A stretch of 64,000 bases of DNA, from positions 1,120,001-1,184,000 of the forward strand of contig CAVRAG010000008.1 in NCBI GenBank assembly GCA_963718895.1, given 5' to 3'. The DNA is from an uncultured Nitrososphaerota archaeon. Its GTDB lineage: Archaea; Thermoproteota; Nitrososphaeria; Nitrososphaerales; Gagatemarchaeaceae. A program made the translations under genes and the position numbers. Every line of letters begins with the position of its first letter. The first letter of the stretch is position 1. The notes under the pieces are model-generated. The model was not told the DNA's origin. It ran no database searches and was given only the letters and a program-made list of their open reading frames with translations. Shown here piece after piece: positions 20,648 through 29,996 of this stretch.

Positions 20648-21367
20648 CTAGAAGGAGGGGAATGAGTAGCTCCATCCGGTGCAGTAGGAGCCGAGGTACC
20701 ACCAGCTGGTCGAATCAGGACTCATATAGCTCCAGGTGTCAGATGCAGAGTTGTACTGGACAGCGGGCCAGCTCGCGATGCCTTGGGCCGTTATGACGCC
20801 TTCCGCTCCTCCTTGCGCTTCCTCCGTCCAGGCAATTGTGCCTCCCTGACCATACGAAGTACTTCCCGGACCAGAGCATTGAGCTTCGCCGTTGCTTACA
20901 TAGCCAGTGGAACAGTTACTCGGACCGTTGCAGATTCCCACTCCAGTAATGACGCCTTGGGCATTGACATTGACTTCGAGGACGTCCTGGGTGTACATAG
21001 CGACGCCAAGAACGTTGGTCCAGGTCATCGACTCTTGTGACGACATCTCACACGGACACGTGATGAGCGGTTGAGCGCCGCCTGCGCTAGTTGAGCTCTG
21101 AGTCGTATTGATGGATATAGTTGTTTGTTCCCATAGACCTGGCGATACCTGTATCTTGGGGAGAGTTTCTGACCAATAGCCACCTGGCCCTACAACAGAA
21201 CCACTGATTGTGATGTATGTGGGTTGAGTAGAGGCAAGTGTATGGGACACGGGAAGTGCCAGCATGAGAAGGATTATGGAAATGCTAGCGGCTTTCATCA
21301 ATGAAGATCCTTTAGCCTTCCATCCTTTAGCTGAGAGTCTTGTATTCGGCAGAAACGTTTCTTTCAT
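20648..21367 (-). CDS. Secreted Cys-containing protein
   Basis: Signal peptide and Ser/Thr/Gly/Trp-rich beta composition; divergent from the RHH regulator. Confidence 0.65.
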   Translation of the reverse strand: MKETFLPNTRLSAKGWKAKGSSLMKAASISIILLMLALPVSHTLASTQPTYITISGSVVGPGGYWSETLPKIQVSPGLWEQTTISINTTQSSTSAGGAQPLITCPCEMSSQESMTWTNVLGVAMYTQDVLEVNVNAQGVITGVGICNGPSNCSTGYVSNGEAQCSGPGSTSYGQGGTIAWTEEAQGGAEGVITAQGIASWPAVQYNSASDTWSYMSPDSTSWWYLGSYCTGWSYSFPSF

Positions 21368-21444
21368 GATTGTAGTCTCATCACAGATGACATATAATGA
21401 GCAGACATACCAAGTGATACTTTTTACATGGGTTAATCCGGCCT

Positions 21445-21999
21445 TTGCCCATGGAAACGATAATCCACCACGCCGCAGAACGCCACCAACTTCACCCTGT
21501 TCATGTCAACTTCAAGATTCCGTCAGAAGTGCACAACTCTCTGGAGAGAGCGGCGATAGACGATAAGTTAAGTTTGAATGCACTAGTAAACCAGATTCTC
21601 TCTAGGTATGTCTCGTTTGAGAAGACAACGGTCGACGAACCCGTCTTAATTCCAAAGTTTCTATTCGCCGAACTGATCAAAGCTTTCCCGGAGGAGCAGG
21701 CCAAAGCGGCAGGGGCGCTGTTGGGCGCCAAGCTAAGACAGGATTTTGCTTTCCATGGGATCAGACAAGACTCCCAGGCGATTCTGAATTTTCACCTTCG
21801 GCAGATGGGTGCGTATTCAAGATGGTATAATCTTGAAGTGTCGAGGACCGACGTTCGAATAAGAGCCGCTCTCTTGCATGGGTATGGTCAAAACTGGTCG
21901 GCATTCTTGACCCAGTACTATCAATCAGCCATAAAGGCCGTCACAGGCGCAGATCCTCGAATAGAACATGAAGGCGGCACCATAGTAATCACATTCTGA
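21445..21999 (+). CDS. RHH-type regulator (same family as 14943..15482)
   Basis: VHVNFKIPSEVHNSLERAAIDDKLSLNALVNQILSRYV is RHH-like; HGYGQNWSAFL tail motif. Confidence 0.75.
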   Translation: MPMETIIHHAAERHQLHPVHVNFKIPSEVHNSLERAAIDDKLSLNALVNQILSRYVSFEKTTVDEPVLIPKFLFAELIKAFPEEQAKAAGALLGAKLRQDFAFHGIRQDSQAILNFHLRQMGAYSRWYNLEVSRTDVRIRAALLHGYGQNWSAFLTQYYQSAIKAVTGADPRIEHEGGTIVITF

Positions 22000-22260
22000 G
22001 CGAAGAAGCAGTTATTCTGACTCTCATCCCAATGGTTTCTGCGGCGCAGGGCCCGATTGACTTGGTTGAGCCTTGGGATTCCTAGTTCGAGTATTGGGAA
22101 ATCTAGTGTCGGCGGCACAGGGACGCCGATCGCGAGGATTTCAGCCAAACTGTGAACCGTAGCTAGAGCCGGTCGAGAAGGCTGATATGCCAACTAGCGT
22201 CAAGACCAAGGACAGGGCGGACGAATGCGGCCTTTCTGTCAACCGTCCCACTGAATCAGG

Positions 22261-22581
22261 CTAGTTTCCATTTTCGTGCCTAATCGTGAAGTACTTTTGC
22301 TGAAGGTTCTCTAACCGAGAGAGCAGTTCTAGACCGTGCGAAGTGATATACATCTTGGTCCTAGAATTATTGGTCTCGGCGCGCATGAAACCCTCGAGGA
22401 TCAGATGGTCGAGCGTGCTTCTGAGCTCCTTCTCCTCAGGCCTCAAGCCTGACCAGCCATAGATCTCATCGATCAGCTCCCATTCATCCATTGGTTGACT
22501 GCGCAAGGCCGTCAGGATGACTAGCTGCAGGTTGGCTTTCAACCACTTTAAGCGTATTCTGAACTGCGTCCAGTTCATCAT
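22261..22581 (-). CDS. PadR-family winged-helix regulator
   Basis: LVILTALRSQPMDEWELIDEI...YITSHG pattern. Confidence 0.75.
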   Translation of the reverse strand: MMNWTQFRIRLKWLKANLQLVILTALRSQPMDEWELIDEIYGWSGLRPEEKELRSTLDHLILEGFMRAETNNSRTKMYITSHGLELLSRLENLQQKYFTIRHENGN

Positions 22582-22607
22582 GCTCCCATCACCGAATGCC
22601 TTCTGAG

Positions 22608-22973
22608 TCAGCGGACGTGGTCTGCCTGAGGACCTGTGACGCTGAGGCGCAGCTGCATGAGACTGAGCTCATCCCTCCACCCCTTTAGCAAGATGCGGCC
22701 AAGAGGCGTCAATCGTAGGGAGGTCCTTCTTCCGTTCTTCACCTTTGTAATCGCCCCGCTGCCTTCCATTGAGTCAATCACAGGGTACACCTGTCCGGGG
22801 CTGAGGAGGACCTCGAAATCCACGCACACTGTGGCGATGATGTCATAGCCGCATACGTCTCGTCTATCGACGTTATCCAAGATCAGGTATTCAAGCATGG
22901 AATTGACAAGGCCCCGCCTGTAACGTCTTACCATCAATTCGACGCCGTCGCTTCCTATCGATTGGGCCAACAA
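22608..22973 (-). CDS. PadR-family winged-helix regulator
   Basis: LIL...CGYDII...LSPGQVYPVIDSME...LTPLG pattern. Confidence 0.85.
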   Translation of the reverse strand: MLAQSIGSDGVELMVRRYRRGLVNSMLEYLILDNVDRRDVCGYDIIATVCVDFEVLLSPGQVYPVIDSMEGSGAITKVKNGRRTSLRLTPLGRILLKGWRDELSLMQLRLSVTGPQADHVR

Positions 22974-23021
22974 TCCCGATACCTATGGCTGAAATGACAA
23001 TGCACCTGTAATAAACGTTTC

Positions 23022-24152
23022 ATGAAGATAGGAGCGATTATTAGGGTATTCGTTAACGTCTTGCCGTTGAGCGAGAGAATCGCTGACCTAGTTCAGGCGA
23101 TTAACCGCATCGGGATAAAGAACGTCGCTGCGCTGTCACGCATGACCAGCATGCCCAAAGAAACCATCAGGTATATGCTCAAGAAGAGGTTCCCCGTGCT
23201 CGACCTTGCTGTCGAGACCGTCTTCAACTTGGGTGAGCTGGGCCTGCAGCGGTACTCTGCAACCTTCAAATTCGCGCCGAACGCGCTGCCGCACGCCAAT
23301 TCAATCCTCGACAAACTGGCGAGCGTGGCCTTCCTGACATACCGCTCGGGGACGCTCCTAGAGCCAACGCACGTCGCGCTTTTTGCGGTCCCAGTGCTCG
23401 TTGAGGAAGAGTTCCAGTCGTTTCTGAGAGGCCTCGTCGACGCAGGAGTCCTGAAGGGCGTGGAGTCCAAGAGGTTGGAGTGGGCGAGGAACCCAGAGTT
23501 GAAGTGCGAGTACTACGATTTCGACTCCGGACACTGGAACGTAGACTGGAAGGCGGTCGGGTCGCATCACGAGGCACCCCCCTCTCCAATCGTCGTGGAC
23601 CAGCCTCGCCTGAAGCCGGCCATCGATCGGAGCGACATCCTCCTGATTAAGGAGCTTGAGGCAAGTTCGCTGAGGAACCTTGCGGAGATCTCGGGGAAGC
23701 TCAAGATGAACGCCGTGACCCTCAGGTGGCACTACAGGAAACACGTGCTGCCAGTCATCTCTCATCACAGGGTGCGTTGGATCCCGGCGCGCGGTGGTGA
23801 CAAGTCCAAGGTTGTGGGTGTCTCATTCGGCTTCAGCCAGCTTACGAGGTCGCAGATCGGAAAGGCCAGACTGCTATTCAACAATTTTCCTTTTGCCTGG
23901 TACGAGGCGGGGTCGCGCGACGGGAGCTACAGGGCCGACTTGGCGATTCCAATCAACGAGTTGGTCCCTTCGCTCGAGTTCCTGAACGCAAGGTTGGGCG
24001 AGATGTCGCCTCCTCCATGGAAGACTTACGTCCTCGATCTCCCATCGAGCATGCATTACACTGTTCCCTACGAGAACTTCACCGAGGAAGGGGGGTGGGC
24101 CTTCGACCCCGAGGAGGCCCTGAACTCGATTCTTTCAGTCGCGAGAGTCTGA
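23022..24152 (+). CDS. Tandem HTH / Lrp-AsnC-like regulator with two HTH+effector halves
   Basis: HTH1 NVAALSRMTSMPKETIRY; HTH2 IDRSDILLIKELE...LAEISGKLKMNAVTLRWHY. Confidence 0.75.
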   Translation: MKIGAIIRVFVNVLPLSERIADLVQAINRIGIKNVAALSRMTSMPKETIRYMLKKRFPVLDLAVETVFNLGELGLQRYSATFKFAPNALPHANSILDKLASVAFLTYRSGTLLEPTHVALFAVPVLVEEEFQSFLRGLVDAGVLKGVESKRLEWARNPELKCEYYDFDSGHWNVDWKAVGSHHEAPPSPIVVDQPRLKPAIDRSDILLIKELEASSLRNLAEISGKLKMNAVTLRWHYRKHVLPVISHHRVRWIPARGGDKSKVVGVSFGFSQLTRSQIGKARLLFNNFPFAWYEAGSRDGSYRADLAIPINELVPSLEFLNARLGEMSPPPWKTYVLDLPSSMHYTVPYENFTEEGGWAFDPEEALNSILSVARV

Positions 24153-24176
24153 GAGCAGCATCGTCAGTCTGTCATT

Positions 24177-24320
24177 CTAGGTGGGGCCTCCTCCGATCGG
24201 ATCTCCGTCGAGCCCGCCGATGTGAAGCGGGAGGAGCCCGTGAGTCGCGAGGGTGATCGCGACCAATCCAAGGACGAGGGGGACCCACAGGTGGAGGTTG
24301 TTCCGTAGCGATAGTCTCAT
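24177..24320 (-). CDS. 47-aa peptide with a signal-like N-terminus and Gly/Asp/Pro tail (not in ORF track)
   Basis: MRLSLRNNLHLWVPLVLGLVAITLATHGLLPLHIGGLDGDPIGGGPT*; TAATATT 21-27 bp upstream of the ATG; GC3-rich codons. Confidence 0.65.
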   Translation of the reverse strand: MRLSLRNNLHLWVPLVLGLVAITLATHGLLPLHIGGLDGDPIGGGPT

Positions 24321-24577
24321 GACCGCGGGGTGCCCCGACGAATATTAGCACACTATTCAGACCGAAGTTACTAAATTCGTAAAGTCCAGCGGATAACGTA
24401 AGTCAAATTCGATGACGTTGGCGGTTGGCCTTCTTTCCTGCCGACCGAAAGCCTCCTACAACCATGCAATAGTTGTGGAAAATGTGGCGGGTCGGCATGT
24501 CAACTTTATCGTTCGCACGATACGCATGTATGTCTGTGGTGTAAACGCTTATCTCAGCCTCTCATCCTCCGAAAGAT

Positions 24578-25474
24578 GTGAGCGACACAGAACTCTTGGT
24601 GGGGGAGGACGCCAAGCTCGTAGTTCTAACCGAGGTAGAAGAGAAGGTTCTGACGATAACCGCCAACGTCACGCCAGAAAGCGTGGGCACTGACAAGATA
24701 AAGAGGGAAGGGACGAAGTTCTTCGCTCCCGGAGGCAAGTTCGGGGCGTTCCTCGGCGCGGTCAAGCCCGACGACATCAAGGTCGCCAGGAAGACGGCCG
24801 TGCTCCGCCCTTATTGGCGGATATCCGGAGGCTTTGCCTGCAGGTACCTGAGACGGCACAGCCACAGGCTCTCGCTGGAGAACGATGTGGAATCTGTGAC
24901 CATCTACGGAAAGCCACAGTCCGTCACCGGCGAGAGGTTGCGATTGAGCGACATGCTCGCCAAGGCCGGTGCGAGCACAAGCTTGGGTTACGGACCTGTG
25001 AAGCTGTCGCTTGGCCCTCTGGAGAGCATTATGAAGGGGAAGATTTCCTCTGTACTCGGCAGCAAGGATACCGAGCTGGAGCGCAGGGTGGAGGTTGCCC
25101 TGCCCGACATAATCGAGAGCGCAGTATTCACCTACACGGGGCGGTTCCTGTTCGACGCGACTCAGGGAACGGAGAGCAAGGAGATCTTCGACCTTCTCGA
25201 AGGCAAGGACCTCATTCCAACGAGAGAACCTGCGCTCAAGAGGACAGGGCTCGTGCTGGAGCCGTCATTTACCAGGGAGGAAGTTATCGAGGAGGTCAGG
25301 AAGCGTCTAGCCAAGAAGCCGGAGGAGACTCCCCGCAGGGTCATCGAGCAGGAATTCGTGTTGACCGAGCTGTGCCTCATATACCTGCCCTCGTACGACT
25401 TCACGCTGGAGTATAACGGAAAAATGAGGACTCTGCGCCTCGATGGCGTGACAGGCGAGTTCAAGGCGAGTTGA
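24578..25474 (+). CDS. Conserved archaeal hypothetical protein
   Basis: 298-aa ORF with host-like codon usage; C-terminal IYLPSY...LDGVTGE. Confidence 0.7.
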   Translation: MSDTELLVGEDAKLVVLTEVEEKVLTITANVTPESVGTDKIKREGTKFFAPGGKFGAFLGAVKPDDIKVARKTAVLRPYWRISGGFACRYLRRHSHRLSLENDVESVTIYGKPQSVTGERLRLSDMLAKAGASTSLGYGPVKLSLGPLESIMKGKISSVLGSKDTELERRVEVALPDIIESAVFTYTGRFLFDATQGTESKEIFDLLEGKDLIPTREPALKRTGLVLEPSFTREEVIEEVRKRLAKKPEETPRRVIEQEFVLTELCLIYLPSYDFTLEYNGKMRTLRLDGVTGEFKAS

Positions 25475-25529
25475 CCAAAGAATGGGAGATATGGACGACC
25501 TAATCATGATTCCAAGCGCTTTGATAATC

Positions 25530-25652
25530 ATGGCGGTCATGGATTACGCGGCGTGGCAGATTTTTGTGACAGTCGCTGGAGGCTTTGCAATCCTCTACAT
25601 GGGCTTGCTGATAATACTCGAAGTGGCGGTCGTCGCAAAACTCGTAAGCTGA
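25530..25652 (+). CDS. Small single-TM protein (copy 2, 40 aa, possibly frameshifted tail)
   Basis: MAVMDYAAWQIFVTVAGGFAILYMGLLIILEVAVVAKLVS*, homologous to 15697..15873. Confidence 0.5.
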   Translation: MAVMDYAAWQIFVTVAGGFAILYMGLLIILEVAVVAKLVS

Positions 25653-25783
25653 TGTTTGATCGATAAAGGACGTAAGATCACTCAGGGCTAGTTCTTCTCT
25701 ACCAACGGCTTCCGCTTTCTCCCTGAGATTGACTCATCTAATTGTGATGCTCTAAAACATAACTTTTTACACAACCAATTGGT

Positions 25784-26224
25784 ATGATTGTGGTGCGAAC
25801 GCTAATGAAGCCTCAGCATTATGCTCACGTCTCGTTGCGAGTTGCTTTCGTCGTCGTAGTCTCATTAGTGTTGATGATGCTCGGAATGGTCGTAGCGCCA
25901 TTGGTGTCGGCTTCCTCTAATCAGTCCCTCCCGTTATCGCAATCCACGGGGCAAGCACAATTCCGGTTCAATGATACGGTCTCTGCCGTGGTGAATCTGG
26001 TATACGCGACTCCAATACCTGGGGCGGGACAACCCCACTCAAATGGGACAGTAGTCGTCCCAAACGCGATCTCATCACCTGCGAACACGTCTGCCCCATG
26101 CGTGCCGAGCTTGGCATATCCAAGGTCGAATAACCCTACGGAATCCACGGGCCCACGAACCGCTTGCTCTTCTGGAGTCGCTCTCCTCACAGTGGTTGGA
26201 GTGTGTTGGAGCGTCCCCGATTAA
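25784..26224 (+). CDS. Putative secreted/membrane protein
   Basis: Long hydrophobic N-terminal helix; may be truncated. Confidence 0.45.
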   Translation: MIVVRTLMKPQHYAHVSLRVAFVVVVSLVLMMLGMVVAPLVSASSNQSLPLSQSTGQAQFRFNDTVSAVVNLVYATPIPGAGQPHSNGTVVVPNAISSPANTSAPCVPSLAYPRSNNPTESTGPRTACSSGVALLTVVGVCWSVPD

Positions 26225-26771
26225 GGTGAAAGAATGGGACTTTCTCTCAGGAAACTATCAGTCGAATTTGGAATCGAGAGACCGGTCTTGCTCAAATTGA
26301 AGGCCGAATTCGAGAGGGAAAAATAGCGTAGTCTGAACTACGAGCGTCTCAGGATAAGGTTGCGGAACATGCGGGATGCAAGATTAGAGAATAGGCCTGT
26401 CGTTCAATTTCAAAGAGAGCGAGTATCAAGCAGGGCAAGATTGATGAGACAGATTTGAATCTGAGGCTAATGCGACTGGGTACAAGAATTGAAATAGGCA
26501 GGTTGGCATGCTGCATTCAACGGGAGCAGCGACATAGCCTAGTCTGCCCTCTCTTTCGAGAGACCTACCCCAATCTTCCGACAGCCTATACTACGAAGGA
26601 ATCAAGAGGAATGACGACATAGGTTCGGTAAGCTTCAAGTGGAATTTGCTGCAAGAACACATCTTGTTCCAGCACGTTACAGTCTTAGAAGCAGCAGGAA
26701 AGACATAGAGCAAAATGGAAGGACTATGCTAGTGTCGAGTATGAACCGAAGAAGAGACCACAGCTAATCGC

Positions 26772-27314
26772 CTAGCGTTTCAATAGAGTGGCGAAGAAAT
26801 CCAATATGATTGTCTTGTTAGTCCTGTAGAATTCCAAGGCCGCTTGAAGGTTATGAGCCCTCTCACCCATGTAGCTGTCATCCAACTTCGAGAAGAACAA
26901 GACTGCGGTATCTAGAAGGTCGTCCACAAGCGGCACCAAGTTCCAACTCCTCTCTTCGGGTTTCACATTCAGCCTTCTCCAATCAAGGTGGGCGATCTCA
27001 TTGTTCACCCTCTGTTCTAGTTTCTGGAGGTTATCCGTCCAATCTCCTCTAATCTTCTGCCACCCGTTGACGTAGTCAGATGCTTGTGCATGACCCTTGA
27101 CCGCTCCGTAGAAGAAGAATTCGAGAAGATTGCGAGAGTGCAGGAGGGTGTGCTCGAGTGCCGTATTCTGAAACACGACGAAGAGGTTCCCATCAATCGA
27201 GGCCTGATGTTTCACAAGGGAACCAAAGAAGGACCTGCAATTGAGCAGCTCCTCGACCTCGTAGCAGACATGCTCGTTGAGGAAGCGTACCTTGTCTTCC
27301 TCGCTCCGCTCCAC
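26772..27314 (-). CDS. HEPN-like (AbiU2-like) helical protein
   Basis: EHTLLHSRNLLEFF and RVNNEIAHL (R/N-x-AH variant of the HEPN motif). Inferred from motif only. Confidence 0.5.
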   Translation of the reverse strand: MERSEEDKVRFLNEHVCYEVEELLNCRSFFGSLVKHQASIDGNLFVVFQNTALEHTLLHSRNLLEFFFYGAVKGHAQASDYVNGWQKIRGDWTDNLQKLEQRVNNEIAHLDWRRLNVKPEERSWNLVPLVDDLLDTAVLFFSKLDDSYMGERAHNLQAALEFYRTNKTIILDFFATLLKR

Positions 27315-27353
27315 AAAGTCTTGACTATGGCGGTAAGAGATATTCGTTGCGCA

Positions 27354-28337
27354 CTATTTAGTCTCCGGTTGACGAGTCAACACGTCTACGATTTGTGGTA
27401 TTCTACGATAGACGAAATAGATTAGACCGAACACGATGGCAAGTGTGAGGAAATACCAAGGAAAGGCTTGTGTCCTTATGAGTTCGAAGAAGGGTAAGAG
27501 TAGCGTAGCGAGGATAAGCAAGAGGGTAATTGTGATTAGAGACACCGAAAGACGTTCAAGGTTCTTTGATGACTTCTTGACTTCATCAATACTCGCCACT
27601 TGTCTTTTCATGGTCAGATAGAGAATCCTGCCGTGTAATTCTAAGGCCTTGATGCTATCATTTACAGCAGGTGACCTGTCCTTTTCTACCTCGCCTATCT
27701 TGTCGGTTGTCTTCTTAGTCAGTTCGTCAATCTGGGAGATCAACTGTTCAATATCTGCGTCAGGCGGGAGTTCAGCAACCACAGAGGCATCGGAGGCAGC
27801 GGTAGATGCGGCTTGAGTAGGTTGCTGAGGTGTTGTAGGTGTCGGTGGTTGCAAAGGCGGTGGGTTTGGCTCTCTAAGATTGAGCAGGTTCCCTAGGAAT
27901 AGGATTAGCACGATGAGGAATCCAATCATGGCTGCAATGGTGGCGTCAGCTATCCAGACATTGCTGAACTTGATGATTATCCCGCTGACTAGACCGATCA
28001 CCACTAAGCTGCTAAACGCAGTTGCCATGAGGTAAGACGAGACGACATACATCGACTTGGCAAAATTGTGGAATCTTACCACCCGGTCACGGTAAAGCAA
28101 GAGAGTGTAGGTCAGGAGAGCGAAGACGATGAAGAGGACTCCGAAAGTAATCACAATTTCGAAGTGTAGAGAGTTGATTTGCTGCGCCAGCGTCTGAGTT
28201 GTCGCGGTTGAATTTCCACTTGGGGTGGGAGTGAGAGAAGATTCCGAGGGTAAGGTGAAACCTAGGAACACGGCGAGCAGTGAGCCCAGGGTGAGAATGT
28301 GTTCAACGAACCTTAGCTTTCTCTCATATTCGTCCAA
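27354..28337 (-). CDS. Multi-pass membrane protein with coiled-coil linker
   Basis: 4 TM, Pro/Gln linker, coiled region, then 2 TM. Confidence 0.65.
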   Translation of the reverse strand: MDEYERKLRFVEHILTLGSLLAVFLGFTLPSESSLTPTPSGNSTATTQTLAQQINSLHFEIVITFGVLFIVFALLTYTLLLYRDRVVRFHNFAKSMYVVSSYLMATAFSSLVVIGLVSGIIIKFSNVWIADATIAAMIGFLIVLILFLGNLLNLREPNPPPLQPPTPTTPQQPTQAASTAASDASVVAELPPDADIEQLISQIDELTKKTTDKIGEVEKDRSPAVNDSIKALELHGRILYLTMKRQVASIDEVKKSSKNLERLSVSLITITLLLILATLLLPFFELIRTQAFPWYFLTLAIVFGLIYFVYRRIPQIVDVLTRQPETK

Positions 28338-28498
28338 TAACGATGTTAGACTTCGAGCAGTTTCTTAAGGGTTCTCACCGTTTATTCTCGCACTGCCGAA
28401 GGCAGTTTCAAGACGAAACGGCTCATTATGGTAGCATTGGAACTTGGACCAACAGATATTACATGCGCCCTGACCATTATTTCGGACAGCGTCGAAAG

Positions 28499-28909
28499 AT
28501 GGATGTATGGCAGATAGGAATTCGGGGGTTCGCTATGCCAGTGCTCTCAGTCGCAGATGCTGGGTTCACCTATGCCATTAATCAGGTGGTTACGAGTTTG
28601 GCTCAGACATGGATAGGAAACGGTCGCGTGCTAACCACGATTCCAGAATACGGGTTGTTTGCCATTTCCGTGGTCCTAATGATGTTGTTCATGACGATCC
28701 TGGGCTACTTTGAAGATCTGACACATGGACTTGACTTCCCTAAACAGGCCGTGGTTTATGCTATAGGAGCTTCGGCTGGGCTTGCTTATTTTGGCGGTGC
28801 GATAACCGAAGTAACCTTGGGGGGCATAGGTTCAGACGCCATCTACTCTTCTGTAGCTTCCATCATCATACTGCTGATAGGAGCGGCAATTAGCATGAAC
28901 CTGAATTGA
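28499..28909 (+). CDS. Four-TM membrane protein
   Basis: Hydrophobic helices from MDVWQIG onward; the start is probably downstream of the ORF-track start. Confidence 0.55.
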   Translation: MDVWQIGIRGFAMPVLSVADAGFTYAINQVVTSLAQTWIGNGRVLTTIPEYGLFAISVVLMMLFMTILGYFEDLTHGLDFPKQAVVYAIGASAGLAYFGGAITEVTLGGIGSDAIYSSVASIIILLIGAAISMNLN

Positions 28910-28953
28910 ACGTTAACCCCTTCTTGAACTTGCTATTATGGTCTTTTCGTCTT

Positions 28954-29868
28954 CTACTTCGGGTATATGCTAAGAACGTTGCCTTCTCGCTCTTCGAGTA
29001 GCCCTATTGCGACGGTTGTCCGAAAGTCCGAGTTGGCGAGAAAGCCCTTGAGCATCCCCTTCGGATTGAAGACTCTCAAATCGCCGTTATCTCCGCCTCT
29101 TCCCTTGACCAGCTTGATTACGTCCTGCGTATAAGGACTGATGGATGCGAAGCGAGAGATTCTGACCGATTCCCCGATCGCGGCTTTAGAGATCTGCTCC
29201 GTTGCAGCGAGCCATTTGGTGACGTCTTCCTTGGTGGGAGACCCGCCTCGGCTCTTGCACTCGGCAATGGCGACTAACTTGCCATCGCTATTGAATCCGG
29301 CGACGTCGATGTCATAGGGCACCCCGTCCCTGCCAACAATCTTCTGCCTGAACTTGATCGTTTCAATCTTGTTCTTGTCGTGTATGTACTCTCCCATCCT
29401 CCACTCGAAGAATCTCCCCTGAGGGTCAGACTGCATCTCGCAGAAGGAGGTATACAGACCCGCGAGGGCTCCATCGCTAAGAAGCTCGAGCAGCTCAACC
29501 ATGTTCTTCTTGAATTCAAACCTAGACCTGTAGTACTCGGCAATCTGCTCTATGACCGTCTTGCTGATCTTCGCCTTGGTGAGTTCAACGATCATCTTCT
29601 CTTTGGGAACGTCGATTCGCTTGACCTCACGGAGTGAAGTACGGACGACGGTTCTCCTGATCTTCTCCTTGACGGTCGTCTCACGCTCAATTTCTTCCTC
29701 GGTATACTGAACGACATACTCCTTGACTTTCTCGTAGGATAAGACCCCACCCACCAACATGGAAAGGAAAGCTTTGTCTGCGCTCGCAGGGTACCTGATC
29801 CCTTCACTGTCAGCTATCTTCTTGAGCTGCTCTGCGTCCAGCTTTCCAATCAACTCCTGGGCAGACAA
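28954..29868 (-). CDS. PD-(D/E)xK restriction-endonuclease-like protein (Mrr_cat-like)
   Basis: GRFFEWRM...YDIDVAG...IAECKS catalytic pattern after a helical N-terminal region. Confidence 0.75.
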   Translation of the reverse strand: MSAQELIGKLDAEQLKKIADSEGIRYPASADKAFLSMLVGGVLSYEKVKEYVVQYTEEEIERETTVKEKIRRTVVRTSLREVKRIDVPKEKMIVELTKAKISKTVIEQIAEYYRSRFEFKKNMVELLELLSDGALAGLYTSFCEMQSDPQGRFFEWRMGEYIHDKNKIETIKFRQKIVGRDGVPYDIDVAGFNSDGKLVAIAECKSRGGSPTKEDVTKWLAATEQISKAAIGESVRISRFASISPYTQDVIKLVKGRGGDNGDLRVFNPKGMLKGFLANSDFRTTVAIGLLEEREGNVLSIYPK

Positions 29869-29996
29869 CGCACATTCTGATACAATCCTACATAGATAAG
29901 CTCTTCCGATGCTTCCTCAATGTGGGTGGCAAGGCGAGTGACTGCCGAGATGCACTATGTTGCTCTCGCCGATTTCATTGAGAGGTCATGCGATTC

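Noticed and set aside
26229-26770. Possible decayed gene
   Set aside because: Purine-rich and coding-like, but has many stops and no recognisable homology.
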